DNA of 64,000 bases, from positions 20,770,001-20,834,000 of the forward strand of contig CM120646.1 of assembly GCA_051362555.1 (NCBI GenBank), read 5' to 3'. The position numbers and the translations under genes were made by a program. The stretch comes from Lingula anatina. Taxonomy: Eukaryota > Animalia > Brachiopoda. Positions 12,701-25,299 of the stretch are shown piece after piece (position 1 is the first letter of the stretch; each line of letters begins with the position of its first letter). Below the pieces are notes generated by a model. That model saw nothing but the letters and a program-made list of their open reading frames with translations, made no database searches and had not been told where the DNA came from.

Positions 12701-14804
12701 TTTTGTTTTCATGTGATAATATCAACTATTTCTTTTCAGGGACCAAATTGGATTTGGTCTTTGGATGGTAATGACAAGTTGCAGTTCTTCCATATTTACA
12801 TACATGGATGCATTGATACCTTTTCACGCAAGATTTTGTGGTTACATGCCAACACTACAAATAAGGATTCTAAAGTAGTGGCTAAATATTTCTTTGACAC
12901 TGTGAAGACTTTAAAAGGTAAGAATCATTTAATCCTTAGTTAAAGTGGTAACCACTACAGAATAATCTTGCTTTCAACATTTTCAATGCTTTTCCATATT
13001 TCTGATATTATTAATTCCAAAATCCTGAGTTTATATAATTGATTTTACCCTACTGAGAACTGTCCACATACTCACACATGGCACCACAAAACCAACCCAG
13101 CAGGCAAACGGCATTGCTTCTACGTTGATCCACCAAAATTGAATGACTGCAGACACTGTGCAGATACATGTATATAATGTACTGTTTTAAGTAAAAGCCA
13201 ATTTGAAAAACTCTATCCCTTATCCAACAACACACTACCGGGTTTAAAAGAGTTTACTAGTATTATCCATTTCTGATTTTGCCATTGTAACATACTAGTT
13301 TGGGGTATATTTCAACACTGTGGTCTTCTTAAACATCTGTGCTAATAGTTACCGTTTTTTAATAGTCTACCCTAATAGAACTAGAAGTGACCCAGGGACA
13401 GAGAATGTAGACTTAATTGAATGCCAAATGTTCCTAAGAAGAAATAGCAGTGATCAGCATGCTTTCTCCAATAGTGACATCATGGGGCCTTCACCACTGA
13501 ACCAGGTATGTAAATTTCTTATTATATTTACCCATTTGTCACAAGGATGTCTATTAAAGCCTGTAGTTCGATCACGCACTATTCTGATGTCATGCATTTA
13601 TTTCAGAAAATAGAGTGTTCCTGGTCAACTTTCCTAAAGAGAGTTTTAATCCGTTGGCAGGAAGAATTAATGGTAAGTTGATTTCTTTTTGGTAGTTTCT
13701 GCTTTTCCCAGTCATTTAACTCCCATATATTCTAGGATTCATTAGGATAATGGAGAGTTTCTTAAACATCCCACTAACAACATGTTTACGACAAAATATA
13801 TTTTTGATGATAAACTGGTTATTATAAGTAAGAAAAGGCATTTCCATTACTCATGGATAAAATGGTTTATATTATTAAAGACTATTTAAAGACTATTTAG
13901 TTCAGAAACTCCCAAACAGTATTTCTTCCAAAATGTGCACAAATTAAAAAAATAGGTAGGGCATACTTATTATGATTAAGAAATGTTTCCTTATATGATG
14001 ATAATAGTACCTTAACAGTGATTTACAAAATAAATAAATAAATAAATAAATAATAATAGTAAATATCATGGTTTATTTGTCAAATTAGTTTCTAGTTATG
14101 TAATATCATAGAATAACTGATAAATTCACAAGTATTATACTTTTCAGGGTTTGCACAGAGATGGTTGGTATGACAGACACAGTTGCATTGACAAGTGGTG
14201 CATGGTATTTGTTTACTTGCCTCTGATACAACATGATATAGGTGCATTTCAACTGTGGTGGAACAACCACAAAATAAGACACCAAAGGCAGGTGTGGTTA
14301 CCCATTGGTGCTGCTCCAAATGACATTTATGCATTTCCACATTTATATGGTAAATTTGGCAATTTCAGTTACATGTTTAGCATATAAAAGATTGAAATAT
14401 TTAAAACTTAAAACATTTTTGTAATAATCAATCTTTTACTTTAAATATGAACATGTAGTCAATTTAACACATCACCATGTTCTTGTGGCATTGGCTATGT
14501 GACTAAATGGAACAACTGGCTTAAGGTATATCAACCTACATATTTTATGCAATATATATTTGCAGGCGGTCACCAGTGTGGATTCACTGTCAGTGATAGA
14601 GATTTGGCAGAAGTTGCACGAGAAAAAACACTGAACTATGAACAATCTGCTCGTGTTCCACAGGACTTCTATAATGAAGCAACTAACTTCACTGCCACTA
14701 ACCACTTGACATTAGAAATATCCACTGCAGAGGAGTGTTATATTCAACTAAGGAGACACTTCATGCTAGAAAGATCTGCACTACAGTCATCTATATATGT
14801 GTAA
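9779..14804 (+). pseudogene. 11-exon IS3EU DDE transposase with two in-frame TGA stops
   Basis: Phase-compatible GT-AG exons: 9779-9886, 10257-10374, 10893-10983, 11436-11511, 11828-11925, 12042-12135, 12740-12917, 13366-13505, 13607-13672, 14148-14349, 14566-14804. Motifs SERTLKRRL (HTH-like), GPNWIWSLDGNDKL..IHGCIDTFSRKILWL, RSDPGTEN, NQKIE, WNNHKIR. TGA at 10979-10981 and 12115-12117. Confidence 0.85.
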
Positions 14805-15412
14805 AATGTAATATTAATGTTTCTGCACCAACCTGCAAATTCTAAATTGCTGTACAGGAAAAAAGAAAATAAAGAATCACAAAAGAGGTTATTTTCCTCT
14901 TTTTGATACATTAATACAATGCGCAACAGGCTACACAACCCATTTTTATGAAACCACAAGTTCTGTAAGACTAAAAGGTAAATTGGTTTTCCCTTGATGG
15001 TGTTATCTCTTTATGTGCATGGTGATGCTCAATAAACTTGACTATACATATAATTCAAAGTCTCTATCCCAGCATAGCTATCAAAACTACAAAAAAAAAA
15101 AAGAATAAAAATGCACAAAGTAGGTAACTGTCAATACTGATGCAAAATACAGTATGCTTAACAGAAAGTCGATAGCATTGCAGGTATATGTCCGTTAGGA
15201 ATATGTTACTAGCAGACCCATGTCAGTTTAAATTCACAGTTAAAATATGCCAGCAAGAGAAATATGAACATTCAAATAAAAATGCATAAATTTCAGGAAA
15301 AAAAAAACAATCAAGCTGGGTTCCCAATTTGATCTGTGCTTAAGGATTATTATTGGATTTTCAAACTCATATGTCACTGTTTTTTCTTTATAATGTTACT
15401 ATTGGCAGTGCA

Positions 15413-15415
<3 letters not shown>

Positions 15416-15458
<43 letters not shown>
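15416..15458. repeat. Poly(T) tract (~43 nt)
   Basis: Direct reading. Confidence 0.9.
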
Positions 15459-15460
<2 letters not shown>

Positions 15461-16509
15461 CAAATCTGATACAATTTTACGTAATGATACAACCTTGAAC
15501 TGTCTATCATAATAGTATAATGTATAAAAGGTCACTGCCATTTGACTTCATGCCTTTGGGGGTTAAATCCCTCAATAAATGCCAATATTTAAAAAGTATA
15601 GAACGCACATAGAAGGCAGTCAAACTGGTGCAAGTCTAGGTACAATTCAGACCAAGAACCCTTTCAGTAGGTTTGAGAGCCACGAGTAGCATGACTTTAA
15701 TGGCCATTAAGGTGAGAGTGACCAAAATTTATTTTCCCTCACTTTTGATGCTATATTACATAATGCTTAAGAGCATAATCACCACCAATTCTTTATTATG
15801 CAATGCAGTTAAAATGGTATTTATAAAAAAATTAATTAGCAAAGGTATTCGGGCCCATGATATTTGAAAATTTCACTATGTACACAAGTGAGAACTATAA
15901 CTAATGAGTTTACTTCCATTTTCAACAATTAAGTAAATAATAAAAACAGCACAACTTAAATAAAATTGTCCAATCATTTTTGATTGCCAGTTTACTCCTT
16001 CCTATTCAAGTTCAGTAGTAACTATGGGTGTATCTCTGCTAATTTTGGTGTATTTTACATTTTATTTTCACATCTGCATATTGGATGTTGAACTATTTGA
16101 TACAGAACAATGCGCGAGCCCTAACGAAAAAAATAAAAAATACAAAAAAAAAAACCTGCAGTGTAGCGCATGCAAAGCTCTACAAAATGAAAAAAAAACA
16201 AGGTCTCTAGCAATGATTTGGCCAAAAAACATAGTCCTCGATTGTTCGAATAGCAAATATACACCATGTGCTCTACTTCGTTAAAGCCAAGATCGACTAC
16301 AGAAAACCATTTTCATTACTATGTACTACCCTTTGCCTTAGTTACCACATGTGTCCCCGATTTTCACAATAAAAATTCTACACTCGTTTATGACAGTCAT
16401 TCATCTGTGTAGTGAAAAGCCACAAAAATGTAAGTAGCAAGTTGTCACATCAATCAAATGTGCCTAATTTTATATATTTTGAACTTAAAATGCGATCGGC
16501 TACATCGAC

Positions 16510-16766
16510 GCGTAACCTGGCGAATCCCCCAAACAGGAACAAGTGCTCCGCAGCCAGTATCCGACTTCTAGAATGCTGGTGGTACTAAAGAGTGTTTTTT
16601 TAAAATATTCTAGCTCCAAAAAATTCCTTCTCATTGTAGCATTGGCCTAGCATGGAGCCAATATCCCAGGCTGTTGGGCTGTTTTCCCTTTACAAATGAC
16701 ATCCTCCTCTTCATGTTCGGTGCAATGTCGGCATTCTGAACAGCCCCTCCCTGCCTCATTCGCCAT
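16510..16766 (-). pseudogene. Decayed start of a second, convergent IS3EU ORF
   Basis: ATG at 16766 gives MANEAGRGCSECRHCTEHEEEDVICKG, similar to the transposase N-terminus; a frameshift or stop follows soon after. Confidence 0.5.
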
Positions 16767-16995
16767 GCTTTTTTCTTTCTCGCACTTTCTCGCAAGATTT
16801 CGTGTTTTTTTAATTTCATCTTGAAAATGAAACACGATTGATCTCTCGGGATTTCGCGTGACCATGCGGGATTACGCGCGATCTCGCGGGATTACGCGCG
16901 ATCTAGCAAATTTCTTTTTATTATTTTTTTTTCAAATTATTTTTTTTAATGTTTTTTTTTTTTTTTTCGTTTGGCCCTCCTGGGATTCCATAATA

Positions 16996-17447
16996 TGTTG
17001 TGTATAAGAAGGTCAGCTTATGACGTCACCATATCGCGAGAGCATATGTATCTCGAGACCGTTAGTTGAGACAGACGCTGGAGTATGAACGGATAGGAGA
17101 CTGTTTTTTGTTTTGGGACTTTTGAAGGAGAATATTTTTTTTGGAACCTATTTACCACTGAACCGACACTCATATTTTATACTGGAACTTGCATCGTAAT
17201 TACTGTGGGATTTCATCGGACACTTTCACTGAACTTTGAGCCGATTTATCTCCATTCACTCTCCAGTCGACGGATTCACATTGGACTTTCACACAGGACA
17301 CTTCATGCTTTCAGATAGGTTTATTTGTGTATTAAGAATAGCTTATTGTTATTGTCATTAGTTTATTTAGTTTTAATAAAATATTAAAACTTCTTTAAAT
17401 CTTTTGTCATTGATTTTTGCTGGTATTGGGTACTCTGACCCGTAACA
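16996..17447 (+). mobile_element. Solo LTR (Gypsy-like), 452 bp
   Basis: TGTTG...TAACA termini, internal AATAAA at ~17375. 4-bp TSD CATA at 17448-17451 and at 9530-9533 (on the far side of the IS3EU insertion). Confidence 0.8.
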
Positions 17448-18079
17448 CATAACACACAACCCAAAAACATGTTCAAATCAAAATAATGTGAAGTAATTTT
17501 TTACAGCTTCCAAAAGATAATATAAAATATAATATGAAAGAAATGATTATTCATAGATACAGCATCATGCAGCTTACAATACAAACATTATTCACAAAAA
17601 AAGGAAACAAAGTTTTTGTAGACTCTGACCCTGGTATTCATCTTAAGTTAATGTGAATGGCTGATTATAACCAGTCTACTTGAAAATATCGTTTTAACAT
17701 ATTAAAGTTTATACTTTATAAAACTAGAAGTCAAGACAAACTTTTCCATCCACGTACAACTCAATGTCTTTGTCATGGTCACATGAACTAAATTCCTCAT
17801 TTTTTTGAAAACTCTTTGAAGAACAAAGTGGTGTCTCAGAACTTCAGTGGCATATCTTTTTTTTTTTCAAGAAACTTTTCCTTAAAATTACAGGCTTATA
17901 AGCAGATGTGCCAGTAAAAAATGGAGACACCATTTTGGTCCTCAATAAATTAAGTGTAAGGAATTTAAAAGAGCCGGTAAATTGGCTAAAATTAAGTGTA
18001 GGGAATTTAAAAGAACCGGTAAATTGGCTAACCTGTAATAGTTTGAATACTTGTCAATGAATAAAGGTTCCATAGTGTT

Positions 18080-19440
18080 TATGAACGTATTCTTGTCAAT
18101 AAGGTAGTCAGCTTGGGCAAAACCTTAACCGTATCTGTATGCCCAATCAGGACTTTCTTAATGAAAGTCAGGTGCCAAGAAGGTTGGTCGAATATGCCAC
18201 GTTAAAGGCAAAGTAAGTGGCCACTAAGAGCATCAGCAAATGAATCAACTGTGGCGGTTTTCACATTTCCTGTATAGATGTAAAACTTTGTGTCACTTGA
18301 CATAAAGTCTCCTGAGTAAGTAATTATAGGCTGAACTGAATCTCCCATACAACTGAATTTTCGAAGCAGGCATCCACATTCTTCCTTCAAATGAAGCGGC
18401 AAACACAAAATGCCAGCACACCAGGTAGCATCTACATGTAGAGAAAAAATATAAACTCATTACCATCTACTAATGAGATGTAGCAAATGATGAATACACT
18501 TTACATTTGCAGTGAAATATGTATTAACTGTAGCCTTCAATGTCTAACACTAGCTTTGGATGTGTTCTACCAAATTTTCTGTTGTCAAAGGATGTAATAA
18601 ACATCAAATCCAAAAGAATTAACAAGATGAAATTGTGCATACATGTAGGGTCACAAAAATGAGCTTAATTAAAAAAAGTGCCAAGTAACGAGTAACATCA
18701 ACCTCTTGTAAATCTCACTTTTATTGAATAGATTTACACTGTTGCAAGAAAGAATTGTTTCATGATTAAGTGCAGGATCTAAAAATAAATATGTCATTGC
18801 ATAGGTAATGTGCAAGTGAAAATAACTCATAGCAGTTACATTATTTTATGAGTAGAGGATTGTGTTCAATGCAACTGAGGATAACTTTATTGGGATACTA
18901 AAGCGTTCAATTTCAAGGTTTTCATTTCAATTATCCCAAAAGGAATCTATATGGATTAAAAAAACCCCTGGTTTTGTGAACCCAGATGAGGACGGGCATA
19001 AGTTGCCAAAAGTTTTTGACGTCATCATTAGACCCACAATCAGCGCAGCCATATCACACTGAAGAAGAAAGCAGCCTAAGCCTGGTTTGCAGAAACTTCT
19101 GACATTTTTATAAGGTTATTTTGCCTTTATTTTGAGACAATACAGAATGATGCAAACCATGAAATTGTATTCAATGTTTTTTTTTAGTGGGAAGCATTTC
19201 AAAAGGAACTATAAAAATATTGAAAATTAAATGGTACATACACTTTCTGTCAAAATCAGAACGTGCAGACGCCATATAGCTTCTTTATCCTCTTGCAGTT
19301 CACTAGAAAGTCCCCTCATGGAAGCTCCTTTTCCTTTGGGCTGTGGCAAATTGAGCTTGTCAATAAAAATCCAAGTTTTTGGCCATTGCTGATTTAATAT
19401 CCTTCTCCCATAGCCTTGTGAATTCATTGAATAACTGAAA
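18080..19440 (-). pseudogene. Decayed exons of a CACTA accessory (non-transposase) ORF
   Basis: Minus-strand coding-like pieces LFNEFTRLWEKDIKSAMAKNLDFY* (after a ttttcag acceptor near 19436) and CLPLHLKEE..QPII..SFADALSGHL..LTFIKKVLIG resemble accessory ORFs of animal EnSpm elements; contain stops. Confidence 0.5.
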
Positions 19441-20949
19441 ATAAGTAAACATTTTACTTACAGATAACTTCAACTGATAAAAATATGAATTTATTCTAAA
19501 AATTGATATGGTATAATATTTTAAGATTAAAGGTAATTTTTCCTAACTAGTTTGTTATTTAATATCAAACTTGCTAGCCAGATCAAACACCAAAAGCCTT
19601 TTTTACATGAACTGACCTTTTAAAACAAGACTGTAACATAATAAGATATAAACACGACAGCAAAAGCGGAAGTTTAGCCTGACCTCTGTGGTCCAATTTC
19701 AGAAACGCAATGACCTGATTTTCTACTGCCATATACGCACAGCAGTGGATTCAAAAATGCTTAATACTACATGACTGATTTTTTAAAAGCTTACAGGGTT
19801 TGGTGATTTTTTAAATTAAAGCTAATCAGAACAAATCCTATGTGTGAGAATAATATTCCCTGGCCAAGATTATGATGACTGCCACGGAAAAAGTCACAGT
19901 ATTCAATACTCACAGCAACAGGCCCAAAAAGGGCTATGGGTCTATATCTGATCGTCTCAATATGGTCTAAAGCACTCAATGATATAAAACTTCAGGAAAT
20001 TAAAAAAAACTAAGTCTAAAACCGTTAAATACTTAAAAGTTTTACTTACCAAAATAAGAAACGTGTGTGAAGGCTTCCTCGAGGTACCGGACGGATCTGT
20101 CATCACCAATCACGTGACTAAAAAAACTAAAAACTAAAAAAGGAGTCTTTAAAAGGACTCAAAGCTTGCAAAGTGAGTCTTTGAATGGACTCAAAACTTG
20201 AGTCTAGCTTGAAACAATGAAATCTTTAGGTTTGATTCCTTAAACGGACTTGAGTGAGTCTGTTTTGGTTAACATTGAGTCTCTAAGGGAATACAGCACC
20301 CTGGAGGCCTCTGCGAGAATCGGTTGAAGCTTTTTTTTCTCTCAGTGCCTGCTGGACCTTACATGGCGGTTGGTCATTAATATTTAATAGCCTGATATTA
20401 GCTACATGCAGTGAGTAATAACCGGTTCTGTAGTAAATTGGGTGGACCACGATTTGAATAAGAGGAACTTAGTTTGCGTTGGTTGGTCCTTAATTTGTAA
20501 TAATTAGAAGCTTATTGTAAATGATGGGCCTTCAAATACCATAGTTCTTAATAAATCTTGGTTGGATCTTATATAAACCGAGTTTTGATTTGAATTGTAT
20601 AGGGAAATTATCTAAATGCTGCCAACAGCACCAAAATGTGTTTATTACAACTGATGACAGGACTGCAGGTTTAAAGGTTCATTACAATATTGAACAAAAT
20701 GTATGAGTTAAGTAATATTATAGTAGGGGGTGTAGGAACAGCCATGGTCTAGAACCATCAGTACTTAAATGAATTATATGATAGGAAAATGAATTTTTAA
20801 GTTATTTTTCATTTATGAGTTTTTGTATCTATTAATTTTTCATTAATTAATTTAGTTATTTAATTATTTAATAACGGGAAAGATGGGAATAGTGAGATAT
20901 ATTAAATACATGTATTACATTCATAAGACAAGCAACATTGCCAAGTGTA

Positions 20950-22650
20950 ATATAGGCAGATGTAATCATCCAACTTTACGGTTACTACTTAATATGGAAT
21001 ATTTTTTATCATTGTTATTTTTGAGTGCTGATTAAAGTTTTATTGGAGTAGGTGCCCCTGTTGTAGCATTTCTTTGGAAGACTTTACTAACGGTTCCTGA
21101 TAACTGTTGAATTGCCTGGCAATGGTTCTCCGTTTCTGGTCATTTTCTCTGAGAGCAAGAATCCCATATTAAGCGGCGTTGCTTAGCTGTCGAACCATAT
21201 CTTCTCTAAGGTACCTGTCAAGTTTCAGATCAATTCCTTTGTTGCTTCTCTAAATACACTCCAAAGATTGACCAAACCCATGCGTTTTTATGCAAGGGCA
21301 GAAATTGACGAAAAGACCACCCCTCACATTTCTGACCACAGAACATGCAACTGCATGCATCAATTGCTTCGAGAGTCGTGTGGTAATTAGATAACACACC
21401 AGGATACACATGGATGACACCTCAGTTTTGGATTTAAAATAGTAAGAGAGAAAATAAATATTTCGTTGAAAATTTACTCGCAAAAAATAATATTCCATGT
21501 TAAGTAGTAACCCTGTATAATCAATATTTACCCAAACCACGACACATCGTTATATTTGAGAGAGCATTTGGCGCCAAACGACAGGGAAATAATTGATCAA
21601 ATGTTCACTTAAACATATAAATTAGTTTTTCACCTAGGCTTGAGAAAGTATTTTATCATTTATTACTTTATTAAATAAGGAACAACTGCTTCATTATAAT
21701 CAAGTGCGATGAATAAAATTTCACAAACACTACGCACATTTAAGGGAAATGCACAATATGCTTAGTAGTAAGGTTATAATAATAGGTAGGTGCACAGTTT
21801 TTCCATTAAATTGTTTTAGTAGGAGTACCGTAAGGTAATAATTATATAATTAAATTTCACCTGTGTCATAGTATTCATAACCTATCTTTTATATTTATTG
21901 CTTGCAGATTGATGGTTCTCATATAATATTTTATACTACCTTTCTTTAAATAAGCATAACCTTCAATTGTTTTGGATACCATAATATATATTTAGAGATA
22001 TGAATTTAAGTATTAACAATTATCTGAAATAACGATTATTAGGGAAAATTGTCAATTACAATGTTTAAATTGCTGTAGCCAATTTACCCGTTTCGCAAAG
22101 TGTTTTAGCCTCTACGAATTGGTTCATCTTCATATGAATGTTATTTCTATAATAAGTCTTTCCTTATTAAAGAAAGGTATATAATCTCTGAAATTTAACA
22201 TCACCTTTGTCACATTAATCTAAAGTGCAGTGGATGAATTTTACGAAGAGGGTACTTTATGCTATAACGGATAAAATTAATGTAAATAACTATCATGGCA
22301 CTATAAATATTGTTGTCCGGAAGCTCACTTATTCATTACTTTACAAAATTATATGCCGGGTAGCATTAACAGCACTTGTATGGTTGATTTGATGGAGATT
22401 TTATAAAGCTGAAGGACTCTATCTCTCTGATATAAACAAGAATATACACAAGTTTCACAGAATGGTAAAATTGTCTTGAATACAAGCATAAGGTTGAATA
22501 TGTCTTTAGTTAGTACCTACTTTATAAATCTGTTTTGGTACAAATATACACAATTTGAGTATGCTTAACTCGGAAGTGCTGAGCGGCATTCTGTTAATCT
22601 TCCCATTCTTGTTTCAAAGGCATTTAAACCTACGTGTTATTTAAGAAGTT
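20950..22650 (-). mobile_element. Probable highly decayed non-LTR retroelement fragment
   Basis: Long T-rich stretch with broken coding-like pieces on the minus strand; no clean motif recovered. Confidence 0.3.
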
Positions 22651-23434
22651 ATTTTTCATTCAAGGGATTTCATTTTGGAAAAAAATTATGTTTAAATAAA
22701 ATAAAAATTAAACTAGCTTGGCTGTGTGTTTGAATTGTTTAAACTGCATAAATGATCAATGTAGATATGTGTACAAGTCTGTTTCTTGTATATTTCGCAC
22801 CGTAAAAGTGAATATGTAACGAGAAAGAAAGGAAGTAGATACAACGATTGCGCCAAAGCAATAGTGTGCATTTTCAGAGGCATGTAAAACTTCAATGCAT
22901 ATGTAACTTGCATCCAATTCATTTTTTACTGATAAGCAAATGTATAACGAGCATTAACTTTCATTAATTATGAAAAAAACATTTGAATGATTGTACATGT
23001 ACGCAAAGAAGGGTAGGAATAAATTTTGAGGACACGATAGCATTCAATATAACATGTAATGACCTGAAACGTAAACGTTATTTTCCACGCCAATAATTTG
23101 ACTCCTACGGCATGATGGCCTTATACGTATTTACATTTTCTATGCAGTCCATGCGGTAGAAAATATCTAAAAAATACTTTAAAATATGTTTTTACTCTCC
23201 ATAAATCAACGGAAAGCAAGCAATCAAAAAATATAACTTAGTTGTAGGCAAGCACACTTTGTAGAACGATCCTTATTCGAATTGACGAGATCGTGTTTAA
23301 TCTGAGTTCCCCTCAGGTGGCCTGTGCGTGTAATTCTCTCTGGCTGTACCAAATTCTAAATGGCCCACCCCAACCTCGCTCCAGTACTAAACGAACAAAG
23401 GACCAACGTCCACAGCTGCGAACATATCCGAGCC

Positions 23435-23975
23435 TACCCAACTACCAGACTCGGCACCTAAGGATCCTGAATTAACCGGTATATCGGACCACGCTACCCG
23501 TTTTCAAGGTGTGTGTCAGATCGCATTTCGGAGTATCATACCCCAGAACAAATTTTGTAGCACGACTGCGGACTCATCCACGCTCGGCTGAACAACCTTA
23601 AACTGTACTCTTACTTTAGAGTACTCTATTTTATTGTCTATATGGGGATATATATGGGGACTTAACGATATTCGGTTTGAATATTTTGACCACTTTTGAT
23701 AGGGCTTTTTTGCACTGTATTAGATTAATGTGGCAGTCTAAGGTTCATCTAGGTGGCTTTCAAAATTATGCACCCGGTTTTAAAATCATATAGCGATTTT
23801 ACGACAATCATTTACTATCCAATCAAGGTGACAGCCGAGCATGTCAGGGCTCATCCTGTCGGTGTTCTGGCTGATACTCGGAAATGCGATCTGACACACA
23901 CCTTGAAAACGGGTAGTGTGGTCCGATATACCGGTTAATTCAGGATCCTTAGGTGCCGAGTCTGGTAGTTGGGTG
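23435..23975. mobile_element. MITE with ~103-bp TIRs
   Basis: 23436-23538 is the near-perfect reverse complement of 23872-23974. Termini TACCC...GGGTG, GCC on both sides (23432-34, 23976-78). Confidence 0.85.
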
Positions 23976-24493
23976 GCCTGATATCTACGGCGCCAAGATA
24001 CTTCTTGTCGACCAGCACCACAGAAATATCTACGACTACCACAACATCATGCGAAGGCTACCACAGCAGGTAAATTACAAACAGATACTGAGTACTTGTC
24101 AAGTCCACGCATGGGCAGTTTAAGCATCAGCATCTCTATGATTATTTAAAAAGCGACAAATCTCTCGAATTAGTTGTTGCAAATGACAACCAAACTCGTA
24201 TTCTAACCTACAAAAGACAAGAGATCACATTAAAAGATAATTTACAATTTGCATTTTCACTCGGGTGAAAAAAACTAGTTTGGAGCTAGGTTACATTACA
24301 TTATTTTTATAAAATAAAACCTCTTTTAGGATGCAATCACAGGTTATCAGAAGTCAGGTAAAGACATTCTTTATTCGCATTATTATTTACGTTTCTTTTA
24401 GGTGCTGCTTTAATATGTAATTGTTTCTTTTTAGGTGATGTATTAATATGTAATTTCAAAATTCAGCTTGATCGGACCATTTTTCCAAAAACC

Positions 24494-25298
24494 ATGCCGT
24501 TTTTTCTCTTCTTTCAGCACATTTTATCCACCTTATACAGATATCATAAAAACCTCTTTATCATTGTAACTTTGTGCCTTTACTTGGTATATCCTATAAG
24601 TGTAACCCAAGATCATAAAGATCGGCCGGTTATTCCATTCTCCTTTGCGTGTGTCGCTGGCGGCAATCTGTCCTCACCACTGTTACTTTGTTGCATATCG
24701 CAATTATTCGCTAAATCATATTATGTGAAAACCTATATACTTATTGCGGCTGAACTACTTGCATTTTATTTAACTCTCTTCCAAACGACGTCGACATTTC
24801 AATATATAAGTCTGTCAGGATTCAAACTTCTTCTCGCCGGTGACGTACATCCCAACCCAGGGCCTAGGCTTAAACCTGAAAATGACTTAAAAATACTCTT
24901 TTCGAATATACGTAGCCTTGGGGCCGAAAACGGGCTAAGGTTTGACGCTCTATCCATTCGCGCTAAACAATTGGAAATTAATATAATCGGTCTGTGTGAA
25001 GCGGGGAAAATTCCTGAGCATTATCTGACTAGTAAATATTACATCGATGGCTATCATAATCCTTTATACTCGGAAAAGGGACGTGGCTTTATAATTTATG
25101 TGGGAAATGACATGATATATAAAATAAGAGAGGACTTGTGTAACACGGAGTTGGATTGCCTTTGGATTGAATTACAGCTTAAATATAAAAAGCTTCTGTA
25201 TGGTATTTTTTACAGATCTCCAAGCCAAACTGCAAATGAAAGAAACCAATTTATAAGTCAATTATCTGATTGTCTCTATAGAGCTAAATTATCCATAA
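24494..25298 (+). CDS. LINE ORF2 N-terminal part: hydrophobic leader, 2A-like peptide, first part of the APE endonuclease (truncated)
   Basis: LLLAGDVHPNPGP, NIRSL, IIGLCE, GRGFIIYV, LWIEL, GIFYRSP; homology stops at RAKLSI. Confidence 0.8.
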
Positions 25299-25299
25299 T

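Larger units (their letters stand above)
9537..16992 (+). mobile_element. IS3EU-type DNA transposon, 7456 bp
   Basis: Perfect 22-bp termini TATGGAATCCCAGGAGGGCCAA / TTGGCCCTCCTGGGATTCCATA, continuing as a long imperfect IR with GATCGCGCG repeats. 6-bp TSD ATATGT at 9531-9536 and 16993-16998. Encodes an integrase-like DDE transposase. Confidence 0.9.
8816..20347. mobile_element. CACTA/EnSpm-type DNA transposon (non-autonomous or decayed), host of nested insertions
   Basis: Termini CACTGACAGCAAAAAA (8816) and TTTTTTTTCTCTCAGTG (20347), CC on both sides (2-bp TSD), dense GAGTC/GACTC subterminal repeats at 8830-9110 and 20140-20290. Confidence 0.85.

Noticed and set aside
24494-24554. ATG at 24494 as the native LINE ORF2 start
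   Set aside because: It lies outside the candidate TSD (24543-24554), so it is probably flanking DNA in frame by chance; uncertain if the TSD call is wrong.
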